NCBI GenBank assembly: GCA_051362555.1
Contig: CM120647.1
Span: forward strand, 3,844,001-3,908,000
Length of the DNA: 64,000 nt
Direction: 5' to 3'
Source: Lingula anatina
Lineage: Eukaryota; Animalia; Brachiopoda
Part shown: positions 1-14,991 of the stretch, in pieces
Numbering within the stretch: position 1 is the first letter of the stretch
Layout of the letters: each line of letters begins with the position of its first letter
Notes under the pieces: model-generated
Told to the model about the DNA's origin: nothing
Databases searched by the model: none
What the model saw: only the letters and a program-made list of their open reading frames with translations
Translations under genes and position numbers: made by a program

Positions 1-1889
1 AGTCAAAGAATGGAATAGTTTTTAATATCAAGGTCACTTACAACCCAGTCATTAGGTTACACTGGACAACGAAACAAAGGGGCGACTACCAGTTGTAACT
101 GCCATTGAATGAAATGTAAAAGGTGCGAAATCGGCCACCCCTTAATGCGATCATTAACCAGCAAACAAAGCGTTGTATTGTAATTTCCACCGCCGACAAG
201 CGGGTTATCAAAAAAAGTATGACAGTCTTTTTACTTCCACCATCGATCCCTAGGACGTACATGTACACATGAAAACAACATTGATAACTATTCTTGTTAT
301 AATGCACGAATTAAATTGAAAAAAATTAAAACTATGTTAATTTGGACTTACTTCATACATGATGTTATTGTGTTCACGACAAAGGCTAATCAAATGCCAT
401 TTACCCTTAATGATTTGTTTGGGCGAACTCTCCTCCACAGCATTTGCACACGTATCAGTTAAAGATCATCTTTTAATTAATCTATTTCATAATTCAAGGA
501 GTTGCAGTAAGCGAATGCAGTTATGTGACCGATCTTGCACAAACACTTAAGCCCTTGCCGTTAGGCAAATTGACACACTAAGTCATTTTTGATAATTTTT
601 TCTAATGCCCAACAAGAATTTTTGCATGGAATTATTTTTCCACCGCTCAGCTGGCATTCAGTAATATATCGCGAGGACATTGCACTAACCGATGAGAGGC
701 TGTGGTTTAAGCTAGATGCAACACTCGCCACCGAGCTGTACCCGAAAATTACTCAACCTGTGGCTCGACAATACGCTCGTTATATTTCAAGTTCGGCTCG
801 GCGACTTGTATTGTATCTATCACTTACTACAATGTCCAGGTAGCTTACCCAGCTGTGGTTTTAATTATCGCTATTTAGGTTCCTTTCGAAACCAGCTTCG
901 TCTCCACGAAAACAACATACATGTACAGTGTTTTGGATGTTACTCACACGAAGACCTGGCACGGCTTTGTCGTTGGTATTTTCTTTTTATTGTTTAGTGC
1001 TATCTATACCCCTATCACTTAACCTGAGAAGTTTCCAAACGTAAGGACAAAGAGAAAAGTGTGATGTATCGAGACAAAAGGGAGATCGGTAGATACGTCC
1101 AAAATTAGGGAGACTTCTGCCAAGATCGGAAGAGTTAATTGGTATGGGCCACAGACTGATCGCTCGAGAAATTCACCAAATCTACAAAAAAAAAAATCCT
1201 TCAAATGTATTAAATAGCAGAGGCCCATCCCCCTGATTGTAAGAAGCAAACAAAACAACGAGACAGCAGGTCGACATTCAGCCTAGAGCAAGGTGCAATA
1301 CTGCCAAGTTGAAAGCTGTTAATTAAGTCGGATTATAGCGCGCATCAATTTACTTCCCGTCGCGCTTGGCGAGGACGAACTCCCGTCTCCAAGGGTCGCC
1401 CGTACAATAATTTACATATGTGCTCCTCCCCCTGTGCGCTTAGGCCCTGTATGAGTCCACGTCGCTATTGTTTGCTACCCGCACAGGCTTTTGTAGTTTA
1501 TCAAAACAACCCATTGTCTCTCAGGGGGCGTGAGTACAGAGTTAATACGTACATGGAGTATACGCATACAGATTGTCGCGCGAATTATGAGCACAACCAG
1601 TATTAAAAGATTAGGCGGTTTTTCTTTCATGTACGTCCGCCATTTTTAGGTCACCGGCTTTGTAAAGCCTGGCTTAATTCGTTGAGAATGCGCTCTAAGA
1701 CCCCCTCCTCTTTAACTGATGTCTTACACTGTTAATATTGACCGCACTTTCATATATTATGTAATACACTGACAGACTTTCCCCTGTTGCACGTTGGCGT
1801 TGGATTGTACTTGTGCCTCTGTCAATACACCTCATTTAGTTTAAATATTTTTACCGCATAAACCTTTGTGGTTTAGAGTTAATAAGTTT

Positions 1890-2290
1890 AGTAGTAGGAA
1901 TAGGATGGTTGGACAAAAAGCTTCTAGTCAACTGGCTTAGACCTAGGGTGTGATGCTGCTATCATCCGAGGAAACACCTACACTGAATCCTCTTCCTGAA
2001 ATCCCCCTAGCTGAAACAAAAAATGCCCCTTGAACCGGTCCATTTTTACAGGGTCGAATCATTTTTGATATCATTGAGCGTCTTTAAACGAAAGCTTTTA
2101 AGTGACAAAAACAGAACCGTGTGGTGATTGTTTATTAAAGCGTAGGTTTATTCATCATGATCTATTTTGTAAACAACACATGCCTAAATTTTACTTGGAT
2201 TGATCATCGTCACTGTTTGGCTACTCGCCTATAATGCGTGCTGAACGACAGACAACTTATAAATATTATCTGTGTTACTGTGTATTTGAC
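1890..2290. repeat. Dispersed repeat; second copy at about 43503-43697 and 46991-47095
   Basis: Shared strings such as gaaacacctacactgaa and ataatgcgtgctgaacgacagacaacttataaatattatctgtg. Confidence 0.75.
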
Positions 2291-4109
2291 CAAGTTAAAA
2301 TAGAACGGTGTCGGTGATTTAATCCATCGAACATATTAATATTTCTTCTTTTAAAACCAGTGTTAGGTTAACATCAAGTCAATTTAAGTAAAGCTAAGTA
2401 AAGCATGTTTCTAGTTCATCCACGCTATATAAATACATGAAGGATAACAAGTCTCTGTAGACAATTAACTTTCACAATGCCCTGTGCTTTAGAGTCCCAT
2501 GTTATACAAGCAAATGAGTATGGCCTGAGAGAAATATAAATATGAGGCCGTGTATGAAGATGTTTCAAATAATAAGAATCAAGAATTTAAACATGTTAGG
2601 TACATGCACATCATTTAATAAGTCATTTCACAAAAATGGCATCTAATTTTTCAGATAAACCTCCACTGTTATCGATCTCAACGCCTTGTCTGATGTTTAC
2701 ATGTAGGCGGTATACTCCAATATTAATTGCGAACAATATCAACATGTACAGCGACTCGAGATCGTTGCCTGTCTTTCACACTTTTACACAAACCCATGAA
2801 GGGTTAATAAAAGGATTCGCGTTGCGACATCTATCTCTTTCTTTCGAACAATTAAGCAAAGGGCTGACCCGAAGTAAGCTGGCATAACTAATTTCTCTTT
2901 GACTGTACAAGGGTATATTGTAATTACTCCACTTGGTCGCCTCCATTGTCTTGTAACAGTGACAAAGAATGTGTTTTCACACGCTAGTTTACATAACTCC
3001 TTTGCCTTGTGTCTTTATCAAGGTTATAATCAGATTGAATAGGTTGTCTTGCCTCACTTAAAAAGGGAGTTGTTCTTCACACTGGTTTTTGCCTAACTTA
3101 TGCTAACCTATTTTGTACAAATATGGTTTTAATAAATCGCCAAAATCATGACACTAGTGAACATTGTATATCAAACGTTTTGATACGATTAAATAAATGT
3201 GCAAGAAGGATTACGGAATGAGTTACTATTTACCTCCCCCCACGCCCCCCCTCCCCCCCCCAAAAAAAAATGCTCTTTTGATTTCGAAATGAATTTGTTT
3301 TTAACGTAAAGAAGTCCGATACCCCTTTCACGACTCAGTCATTGTACAGCATGTTGTAATCGATATTTAAAAAAGTTCATAACTTGGACCGGAGTTTGAT
3401 ATACAGTGTACTGTAGCTACAATGGCTCAAGTTGGGTCTGCTGGGGGAGGGGGCATTTAAATGATAAACGAAGAAGTCCACCTGTAAACAGCAGGGGTTT
3501 AAATGATCGCTATCTCGGTTATTTTTCCTTTGACAGCATCATAGAAAATGTTAAGGGAGAAAGTCACACATACCCACGGCGTTGTTTTGTCTTCAGCATT
3601 TCCTCCTTCCTGCTTACTGCAATTATTATCGTCAATTAATTAAACCGAGAAAGCAATTAAATGATGGCACATTGAATATAATCACTATGTGCATTTCGCT
3701 GAGTGTAAACACGATCTAGCGAAACATTTTATTTCAGAAAAAATTTATATGTGATTTCACCTCTGTCGTTTGTGTTATTTCAAACAAAACGATTTCCTGA
3801 AAGACCAACTTTAAAATGTATGTCTATTCAGCAAAATAATGTAATTTAATACAACTATGAGTAATGTATTTAAATTACGGCCGTATATGCGATGGCCATG
3901 TGGGATTATAATTGCATACCTTGATGCAAAACAGTCTATCGTTTCTCCTACCGCGAGTCCCTTTAATTAATGTATTATATTACTCTTTACCCTTTTTATT
4001 TGACACTGTCTCTGTTTCTCTCCCCTTTTCCTTTCTCTTGTAAGAAGGAGGGCAAATAATTAAGCATTCAAAATATGCATCACCAATCTCTAGAAAAGAA
4101 TGAGTGAAT

Positions 4110-6356
4110 CAAGAAGTTATAAAGAGAAGGAGTAGAAACAAGTGGTTTCCTTTCATCCTATCCTCGTAACGGGCTTAATCCTAATAATTACCCAGCTTGT
4201 GGTCTTAGGGAGAGCTTGTGCCTAATACATATTCAAAAGACCGTTCACGTGGGTTGCTTCAGCCAATTGGGATAAAGCCTCGCGAAGTCTCTAATAATCT
4301 CACAGAGAAAACATGGTGGGATTACAGAAAGGTGTAGAGAGAGATTTCAAGCCTGGACGCAACCATTTTGGGAAATAAAACTCAAATCATGCGAGATACA
4401 CCTTCATTTGATCTAGAGCCGATCAGTTATACAAAAATTAGTTTCACATCAAGAATGTATGAGAACAATTTCACAAACCCACCTTCAACGCTAAAATTTG
4501 CACCTGTAGAATTCTCATATTTATTTTAAATTCTTTTTGTTGTGTAAAGGAAATTTACCTTCATCTAGGAATGACACATTCAATTTACAACCGTGTACAC
4601 AAAACAGTAGTACTTGCAATTTCCGCATGCCAGCCTCGTTTCTTTCTTTTTTGGCACATTATTGCTTATATACCAGGTAGAGCTTAAACAGGAAAATTGG
4701 GGAAATGAAAATAAGTTATTGCACTTAGTATGATTCTAAATAAAATTTTATTAATACATATTTTTGTTTATATCTTTGTCTATAACATGAGGCCAAGTAA
4801 TAGTAGACTGATAGTTTAAATTCATTAGAAGAAAAAATCAAAGAAATATTTTTATTGATTGATATTGCTTTATTTCAACATTCGAGCAACTTGTATAATA
4901 TCTAAAACAAAGTACCAGCAATGAAAATATGTCAATATTGTTACACCCAACAGTGATTAAAGCAATACAAAAATGGTTAGTTTTTATTTTGATGTGGTGA
5001 TTATTTTATTTTATACTTTAGACAATTAGCCAGTGAACACTAGATTCCCTTTTAAAACTTGGACCACTAAATTCCCTTTTAAAACTTGCACCTCTTGTGC
5101 ACTATAGTTTAATATTAGTGGTGGTAAGAAAACAGAGCCTTGTGCCTCATCAAGTTGCTGCTGGAAACAATCATTTTGACTGTTCAATTATGGCTACATG
5201 TACTTCTGCCAGCAAAACTTAAGATCTTTCACCTGCATTCTCTTCAACCTGAAATGAGTAAGTGCGGAATTCATTACAAAATATAACTCTATATCCTAAA
5301 CGAAACTCTGCAAACATCATATTGCAATAAAAAAATTGAAAAAAATTCCGAGAGTTCCCTGTCATCAAATTTTGGACCCACCATTTTGAAAAAGCCCCAT
5401 GAAAAGTTGTTTATTTGAAACGATGTTTTTCATCTAAAGGATTGATTCATTTAATATCACAATGATATATTGTAATGGTGCACGTGCTTAACTAACCAGA
5501 AAAAACATAAATTATATGCATACACCACGTTAAAATTACCAAAAATTGTCCCAAACTGTCACCCAACTGTCTTTAACCAATTTAGGGATCCGCCATTTTA
5601 AAAAAGTCGGATGAAAAGTTGTCTATTTGAAACGATGTTTTTCATCTAAAGGATTGACTCATTTAATATCTCAATGATGTATTGTAATGGTGCACGTGCT
5701 TAACTAACCAGAAAAACATAAATTATATGCATACATCACGTTAAAATTACCAAAAATTGTCCCAAACTGTCACCCAACTGTCTCTTACCAATTTAGGGAC
5801 CCGCCATTTTGAAAAAAGTCCGATGAAAAGTTGTCTATTTGAAACGATGTTTTTCATCTAAAGGATTGATTCATTTAATACCAAAGTGATGTACTGTAAT
5901 GATGCCTGTGCTTAACTAACCAAAAAAACATAAATTATGTGCATACATCACGCACTTAAGAAGAAAAAAGTCCTAAACATTGAGGTCCCGCTGAATCGGC
6001 CTCAGATCTTCGAGCTAACGCTGCTTTCTGCACTGACAAATTTGACTGACAGCCACCGTATGAACATAAAACAATGCTCAAAGCAGATTATCAACTCTCA
6101 CTCACCTTTATATCGATCGACTTGGGCGTTTTTCTAAGTATAACTTCCAAATATTCGCATTAAACATGAATAAATCAAGACGTATACGCACTGGTTCAGC
6201 TTCTCCGTCTTGAGTCACGCGGAGGCGAGCGGAGGATTAGACCAGTTACGAGGATCGAATTACAAAGGACGCCGCTTTGAAAAGAATGCTGCGATCTGAT
6301 TGGACGAGAGAGATAATTGATGTCCCGTTTCTACTCCTTCTCATTATAACTTCTTG
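4110..6356. mobile_element. Non-autonomous P-element-like DNA transposon
   Basis: TIRs CAAGAAGTTATAA...TTATAACTTCTTG (about 30 bp) and a 7-bp TSD agtgaat on both sides. The empty site is seen in the host-repeat copy near 31186. Confidence 0.75.
5370..5952. repeat. About 210-bp tandem repeat, roughly 2.7 copies, inside the P-like element
   Basis: gaaaagttgt..atttgaaacgatgtttttcatctaaaggattga recurs at about 5401, 5613 and 5825. Confidence 0.9.
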
Positions 6357-8638
6357 AGTGAATGAACCATTGGGCTGGCCCACAACGTCCGACACAGCAG
6401 AATAAATTAAATAACAGCTTTCACAGATTTAACTGCAGTTAGCTGTATAGCGTCACTATATAGTATACATAATCCGCTGCACGCGCGAAGCTGTTGAACA
6501 AAAGGATAGTTCTCTATGGAAGACCTTTTGTTTACATAAGTACTCTAAGGGGGCGTGCCTAACCAGGCGACAAGAGGATTAGGCTAGTCACTATATTCCG
6601 TCAAATTCGTTTAGCGACCCTATCATTATCACACTCCCTCTATTGTATTTTCTAACGTTATAATTGTATCTAATCTTCTTACGTTAGATGGAATAAATGC
6701 ACACATACATACATACATTATTTTAAGATATGCTGATGTGTAGTTGATATTTCATCTATCTTATATTGACAAATTCAGAAAAGCACCCAAATTTTGACAA
6801 TTTACTGTTAATTACTACCTTAAGCCAACTCGCAGGGTATATTTATTTTGAAAGATAAAAAGTTATCAACAGACCAAAGACAATTGTTATATTTTATTGA
6901 TTCTACTTTTAATAATAATTTTTACATTTGGGGCTACTTACCTGCAAAAAATAATGCAATCAACACAAGAGCAAATGTCATCAGTATTGTTCTAAAGAGT
7001 AATTTGCAAATTAACATACATTTGTGACAAAAGTGAATATTTTCACAATATTCTAACTACTAGTATAGTGATTAATATAAATACATGTTTCCATATCTGT
7101 ATAAAATCACATTACAGTTCATCACATATTTTTTCAAACGGAAGGCCAACTGCCGCATTAAATATATAGTATTATTTAATTCTAATTAATTTTCAAATAA
7201 CAATTACTTAATTGTTTCCTAATTAGTCACATTCCAGTCCATTTTAATTTGGTGCATTTGAAGTGACACATTTAATATATTGCTAATTAAGTAGATATTT
7301 GTCCAACTGCCTTAAATATTAAAATGGCGTATTAAGCATCATAAATGTGTATTGTTTTAAACGTATATTAGTAAGAATGTTGTTAAACTGCACACGCCTA
7401 CTAGAAGACACTTTGGTTGCTATAACCTTCACTACATTGGATTGATACCGCACAGGTTATTATAATGAGGAATAACGACAACAGTCTGGAGCTTTCGAAC
7501 GTTTATTCACCGCCTCTCGCTTCATACAACTTCACAAATATTTATACTCACTCTCTGTACTGACCACGCATTTACTTGTTTTCTTTTCCATTGTCTTTGT
7601 GTGATTACAAAATATATTCCATTCGCATGTTGCAAGTCACCATGCAACATTTCATTATTAGGTAATCCTTAAGAGACTTGTTTTCAATTAAAGATATCTA
7701 AAATATTATTTGGATTACTCATGCTTGGACCTTATCCAAAACTCAGTTATCATGTGATAAATAGATGATCAAAATTAAAATATGTTATGAAATTAACCTA
7801 TCACATTAACTGTTACTGACTTTGACCTTTCCATCTTTTTCTGACATTAAAAACATGTTCTACACTTGTTGACTCTTGGAGAATCTTAACTTACGCTCAA
7901 TAACTCTCTGTCCTTTTACTCTTTTGATTCCGCTTTAATTGCTATCTGCAATTAGTGAAAGTGTAAGTAATTTTCTTTACAACATACACCCCTTCTTCAA
8001 AAGAATTCGTCCTCGAATTCTAAAAATTTAGAACATACGCTCCTTTTTCTTTTTTTTTAAAGCAAAGCAAATACTAAACAACATAAAATACGTAAATTTT
8101 CAAAAAGATTAAATGATAAGGTCACATTTATGTCATCAATTTAAATGTTATATGCAAGTTCATCAGATCCTGCAAAATTAAATAAAATAATAATAAAATT
8201 AATGATAACCTTCCTTAAACACTCCATGTCTATCATAAAGTCAAGCAAAAATATAACTAAGAAAATTAACTTGATATAATTAATTGACACGTAAAATTAA
8301 AAAAAAAACACATTCGACATGAAACCAAAAATATTAATTTGAAGGAAGATAAAGTAATAACTTTTTTATGTAAATCTGTTGCTCTCTTATTATGGTTCTG
8401 AAACAATTTATTATACAGTTTTCTCTTTCGGTTGTCATTAAAGTCATATGAGGAATGCACTGCGTGAGACAATAGGGTCGGCCGTCCCCTGTCCAATGAA
8501 CAGCATTCATCACAACGTTGCTACCAGCGCATCGTTCATGATGAAGTACTTGTTCATCTTCATATTTGTTCACATTGTAGCTCTCCTTTGTGATGACTTC
8601 AAGAGAAACACTTTGTTCATATCAAATTCACGAATCCA

Positions 8639-8687
8639 ATATAATATAATATAATATAATATAATATAATATAATATAATATAATAT
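8639..8687. repeat. (ATAAT)n microsatellite
   Basis: Direct reading of the sequence. Confidence 0.95.
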
Positions 8688-9148
8688 GAGAATATTCCGT
8701 AATGCATATTATCGATTTTATGTCATCATTATTTTAAAAAATTAAATAGACGTTTTATATAACAATGATCATCTGCTAAATATCAATAATCAAATATATA
8801 TAATTTATATTTATAATACTTCACACATTTAATACTCAATACACAATATGCAATATGTCATTAACATGCAATAACATTGTAAAGTAAAATACAGCATGCT
8901 TATAGTAATGATCATGGTTAACACACAATAAAATGTTCATTATTATATATCATAGTACATAGAGATTAAAATTAATAATAATATTCATCACGGCTTAAGT
9001 GTCATGTTAATTTCGTGCATCTCACACACTCTCAATAATAATAATCTGAAATGTCTGAAATTATTGAAGTTACAATAAGAATTAATCATAAAGTCATTAA
9101 TATGTTGTGATCGTACACACACTTCTTATACCAAAAGTTCACTCGCAA

Positions 9149-9807
9149 AGATTAATCCGTTACGTCAATTATAGACACGTGTAGCAAGTCAAGTCAAATT
9201 CAGATTGGATTAAAATTAATCTGCATTGTGATTAAATATTTCGAACTTAATATAAAAAGGTGCACAAGCATGTTTAATGCGCAAAAATGTACAATATTCG
9301 TTCTTGAATAATTTCCTGGGTTAAAAAGCTGTGAAAAGTGACAATGGGATAACTCGTTCTAAAATAACATTTTTGGTTTATCATTATGTTTATACTTGTC
9401 AAGCCATGTCAATGTTTTGACAGATGTAGTTTGTAGATACAAATACATAAATGAACTTGTCGCAATTATTATAGTTATGAATTCACTTTGTAATATGAAT
9501 GAATCTGTGGTTCTAAGTTCTTTAGGCTTATTAATTGATTTTGTTGCGAAATTTTATGATCACTACGGTATTGCAAGCAGTAAGAATAGTTAGAATAGCA
9601 TCTGCCATACAAGTTTGCTCTAAATTGTCTCTTATTGATGCATGGGCTATTTATTTGTAGTTTCAAGTAATCAATGGAATATGTGGAGAGAAAACAGGAA
9701 AAGTTATGCTAAAATAATTGTAGAATATTCAATTTCAAATTTACTTTCAATCTGAATTTGACTTGACTTGCTACACGTGTCTATAATTGACAGAACGGAT
9801 TAATCTA
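9149..9807. mobile_element. MITE-like element with about 60-bp TIRs
   Basis: agattaatccgt..gtcaattatagacacgtgtagcaagtcaagtcaaattcagattg and its reverse complement at about 9748-9806. Confidence 0.75.
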
Positions 9808-11294
9808 ATCCTTAATTAACAGTATGTGAAATTCATATTCTACACCATTCATGTTGTTTAAGCCTATTGAAAATTAAAACTTTAAATAGCATATGATATT
9901 CCAAAACTATGAAAAAATTACATCTCTACTGATTTAAAATGACGAACAGGGAAAAATTTGAAATTCTTCTACTATCACTTTTTACACACACTGCAATTAA
10001 ATATAGTAATAACACATGTATATGATAACGAAGTCTTTAAGCCTTTGTATTAAATATCCCCAATCAACTCGAGTATCAACTGATTAATAAATATAATCCA
10101 TATTTATGTTATTTATCACAAATGTATGCCGTTATATTTACAATTATATATGCGAATGGCAAGTTTACATTTTAAAGTTTCATATACATCTTGTTGGGGA
10201 TATTGAAAATCTCCAAGATACAGGTTTGATGCCATCCCATGAATTTAATATGCTCAAAATGAATTTCAAACTATCTTAAAAATGTCAACTGGAAAAAAGC
10301 TGCATCTTTATTCCAAAAAAGCATGTTTGCATTGGAGATTTATGACACAAGCTAAAAAGGTCGGATTATACTCTGTAAAACCAATACTCGAATATTCCCA
10401 AGCTGTATAAAATTTAAGCAAAGCATATAACGTATATATCGCTCTGTCAATTTTATGAGGCTAAAAATGTGAAAGCCATTGTATAAACGTGTTATTTAAA
10501 CCCTTCTTCGTGCCGCCTTCTTCTGCCATATTTTGTTTAGGGCGGTAGGCCCTTTTCCAAAACGAGTCTACATTTAATAATTGAGAATATCACAGTCACC
10601 TGAGCCAGTGGTTACCTGACTGTTCAGGGAGAAACTACTACCAAGTTTCAATTGATAATAACATATTTCCCTTAGAAATGAAAAAAGAATAAAATATCAA
10701 TGCTGCAGACCCTTTCTGTGATATTATCGCTGCTCTTATAGTTTAAAGAAAATCATTTGGTTGGTCCTATGAAATTCAAAATCGACAAAAAAAAAAAAAA
10801 TAAAAAAATAAAAAATAAAAAATAAATAAATAAATAAATAATAATAAAAAATAAAGAAAGAAATAAAAAGTGCTATTCGCCACTTTGAATGCCACATTGA
10901 TTTTCATTTTCAATGTACATATGTGTGTCTACCTCTAAACCTTTAAACAGAATATTACTTCGATTGGTGCTCTCATGTATAAATTAATATTAGGGATAAT
11001 GGAATTGCTATTCATGTTTTACTATTATGATCGTTGGGATATATATTATAGTACGAAATACTCAAATGAATTCTACATTGTTATATAAAATGATGTACAT
11101 AACTATAAAAGTTTACACACAAATATATGGATTTTAGACAATTCTGAAAACTCATCTTTCTCTCAAAAAAAAAGTGATCGATCACATACTCTGTATATAT
11201 AGTATACTGGTATGGTGAAAAATTATGCAGCGTCTTCCTGACTTTGACTAACTACTAGATGTGAAGCCTGGCAGCCATTAGGTCTAAGGGCACC

Positions 11295-11621
11295 TCACAT
11301 AAACTGCACTGGTAGCTCCTGTACATCCTCTGGTTTCAATGCAAGAAGACCCGCCAGATCAGAACGGTCATTGTCAGCAAACCACGTTCGTAGGTGCATC
11401 ACAGGTTCCTTATCAAATGGGCAGTTTAATACCTTGTGTAATAATGCACTGCGTTTATCTGATGATGTTTTTTCGTGCTTGATTTCTTCAATGTCCGACG
11501 TATCAATGACAAACTTTGAATGAAGAAAATCTAGCAGTCTATTAATTTCAAACCCATTATTTACTATGGAATGCAAATTTTTTCTAAGATTCTCACATTC
11601 AACCTCCCGCCTCCTTGCTTT
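11295..11621 (-). CDS. Terminal exon: CARD domain and stop codon
   Basis: ATTTCAG|AAAGCA acceptor. LRKNLHSIVNNGFEINRLLDFLHSKFVIDTSDIEEIKHEKTSSDKRSALLHKVL...DRSDLAGLL is a typical CARD pattern, ending in TGA. Confidence 0.88.
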   Translation of the reverse strand, partial: KARRREVECENLRKNLHSIVNNGFEINRLLDFLHSKFVIDTSDIEEIKHEKTSSDKRSALLHKVLNCPFDKEPVMHLRTWFADNDRSDLAGLLALKPEDVQELPVQFM

Positions 11622-11846
11622 CTGAAATATAAATACACACCGTACTTACAAACATAGGGCATAAAACTGAGTTTATATTTCCAAACACCTGCAAAATCTA
11701 TATTCTGATAATATGAATTTGCATTTTATATATTTATGTCGTTTAATTAACTCCATATAAAAGCTCATTTAAATCAGGATTGAAGGCATCTTTTAGCATC
11801 TTTCGAACATTCGGACAATATACCAAATGGGTGGAGATTAACTTAC

Positions 11847-12671
11847 TTCAACTTCATCAATTAAGTCCTTTATTTCAGATGGTTTCACTATATCATTCAC
11901 TGTGTCTCTAACCTTCCTCAGCAAATACAGGAGCTGCTGAAATGAACTCTGCAGATGGCAGAAGACAAATTCAACAGGTTTTGTGGGACAACAATCCCGC
12001 AACTGAAGTTCACGCACAACAGCCCTCCAAACTTGTGGGTTTTTCAAAATGCCCTCTAAGTTTGCTTTCACCTTAAAAGGCAAAAACTTATGAAAAACAT
12101 GGACAGATGCATGTGGTGCATCAACTATCAACCCCTGATCTCCATTCTGATGTACAATGGTTTGAATGATATTATTTATTTGTATATTAGGTGGTAAAAC
12201 CCGAGTGTCTGGAAGCTGTTGTTGCTGAGGATGTGCAATTTGGTGTTGTTGATGTTGCAAATGAGATTGCTGTTGCTGAAATTTCTGCTGATGTTGCTGC
12301 AAAGGTTCTGAAAACCCCGCAGCTGAAGGAACTTGCGTCTCGTGGGACACCAAAGGGTTCATAACTGACTGCTGCTGCAATGTCTCTGATATCCCTGTGG
12401 ATGGGAGACCCTCTTGTGCCTGGTGGGACACCACGGGGTTCATAACCGACAGTCGCTGCAATGTTTCTGATATCCCCGAGGCTGTGAGACCCTCCTGTGT
12501 CATGAACGCCAAGGGGTTCATAACTGACTGCTGCTGCAATGTTTCTGATATCCCTGTGGCTGGGAGACCCTCCTGTGCCTGGTGGGACACCACAGTGTTC
12601 ATAACTGACAGGTGCTGCATGGACACATTGGCATCTGGATGAGACTGTTCAGTGTCAGCTACCTTTGTAAT
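11847..12671 (-). CDS. Exon: 26-27 aa tandem repeats, polyQ/H tract and death-domain-like region
   Basis: CTTTCAG|ATTACA acceptor, GAA|GTAAGT donor, 825 nt open frame. LPFKVKANLEGILKNPQVWRAVVRELQL resembles the start of UNC5-type death domains. Confidence 0.82.
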
Positions 12672-12993
12672 CTGAAAGTGTAAGGCTATTATCAGACATT
12701 TGGTTGATGTAATATATATGAAAACCAAATTTTAAAATCTGCTAATGAACCTGACAGTGCTACAGTATAGAGTTATAATGTGGTATACTGTAGCAGTTAC
12801 AGATGTGAACAGAGTATGGCACAATCTGTGTGAAGATTATGCAACATGGCGTTTGCAAACAATGATTCGTGGTGTATTGCTCGCGTAACCAGTGATCAAT
12901 ATTCTTTCATGTGCACTTTTAAGGTTGACATGAAAATCTGCCTCCCTAAAGAGTGACTCCCTAGTCAGATTTTCATTATGAAAAGATGACTCC

Positions 12994-14937
12994 TAGTCCG
13001 GTGGCTTAAGGAAAAAATCGTGACATGGCGGATAAAAGCACTAAATTTTGCATGTGGGTACCTTTTGACATACTAAATCAAATATAAGCCGTAGCCCACC
13101 TACGTTTGGCCAAAAAATCCAAAATGGCCGCCAATTTATGGAATTCTATAGAAATGTGTACATACCTATGTTGATTTTTATCAAATAATTTATTTTCTCA
13201 GAGTTTTCCACGCCCTTATTACCCATTTTATTCATATATGGCAGATAGCAAACAGGTTCCCTTGGAATTTTTGAAAAAATCCAAGATGACGGTCATATGC
13301 CATTAGAAACCGCCATAGGAATACTAGTGCACAACTAATATCAGCTAGAAAGATGCGTTATCCACTATCAAATTAAGTCTGTTTCTCAGATTTTTGTTAC
13401 CCACATAATATGTTTGTGGTGAGTAACTACGAAGTGTTCTTGGGCATTTTGGAAAATCCAAGATGGCTGCCACATGAATTCTAGTGCCACATGAATTCTA
13501 GTATACGGGGGATTCAACTAATGGCAACTGGAAAGATTAATTTTCCACTATCAAATTAAGTTTGTTTCTGGGTGTTTTCCACATCCTTTCCACCCACACA
13601 ATATGCATGTGGTGAGTAACTAACATGTATTCCTGGGCATTTTGAGAAAATCCAAGATGGCCGCCATATGTCTTAAATTCAAGATATTCTAGTATTACAA
13701 AGGGTTGGAACTAATGCCAGCTAGGAAAAACATAATTCACTATCAAATTTAGTTTATTATTTTAGTGTTTTACACGTAATTATTACTCTGTGATACATAT
13801 CTAGCAGGTAATAAATGTGCATATTTGATCTTTTTGAGAAAATCCAAGATGGCCGTCATTGGCCATAGGAATACCACGGTAATTACAACTGCACATCCAT
13901 GGCCTTTCATCTACTACCAGGGTGAAATTGTGTTTGCTTATCAAGTTTTGTCCATCCTTATTAGTCCTATGATATATATCTGGTGGGTAAACAGTGTACA
14001 TCCTTGGATATTCTGAGAAAATCCATGATAGCTACAATTTGACACAGGAATACAAATGGGTGGGTTTCAATTACTGCTAGAGAGGCATATGATTTATTAT
14101 ACAATTACATTACCATGGGTTTGTTTTAAAACCAATTTATGTTTTTCATTCCATTTATTATTATTCCTATGATGTATACCTCGTCTGTAGCATGTGTGTA
14201 TCTTTGAGTATTCTGGAAAAAATTCAAGATGTCTGCCTTTTGTCATTAGAATATTCGAACATATAATCAAATAGTGCCAGAGAATAGTGCCAGAGACACT
14301 GAGTACAATTTAAATGCAGTTAACTTTAGATCGTTTTTAAATGTTTTTCATATCCTATTTATCCTTAAGAAGGTCTCTGTGTGTGTAAAAATTGTATGTA
14401 TCCTGGAGTATTATTCGGAGAAAACCCAAGATAGCTGCAAGTTATAATAGGAATATATCATTCAAATGCAAATAGGTGTCAATCAATGGAACGGTTCAGA
14501 CATTGATTCCAACATGAAATAAAGCCGTTTGATGTTCAAACATGTTGACATCCTTATTAACCTTACTCTATATAAATCTGGTGTGTAGCAAGTGTGTCTT
14601 GCGCATTTGAGAAAATTCAAGATTGCTGCAATTCACAATAGGAATAGTACATTCAACTATTGCCAGAGAGACATTGGGTTCAATGTGACATTAATTTTGT
14701 TTCTCGGTATTTCCCACATTCTTTTTGGACTTTGAGATATCTATCTGGTGGGTAACAAGTGTGTACCCTTAAGTATTTTGACAAAATATCATGATTACCC
14801 TAATTTGCCTTAGAAGTACGTATAAAATCTAATGCACCAGTTTTCCTATGGGGAAAAGAAGGCCATCTTGGACTTCCCCAAAATGATAAAATATGGACAT
14901 TAATTACCTAACAGATATGTATCATGGGATAATAATA

Positions 14938-14991
<54 letters not shown>

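Noticed and set aside
86-3639. Short ORFs at the start of the window
   Set aside because: No domain motifs or consistent splice structure, and part of the region is dispersed repeat.
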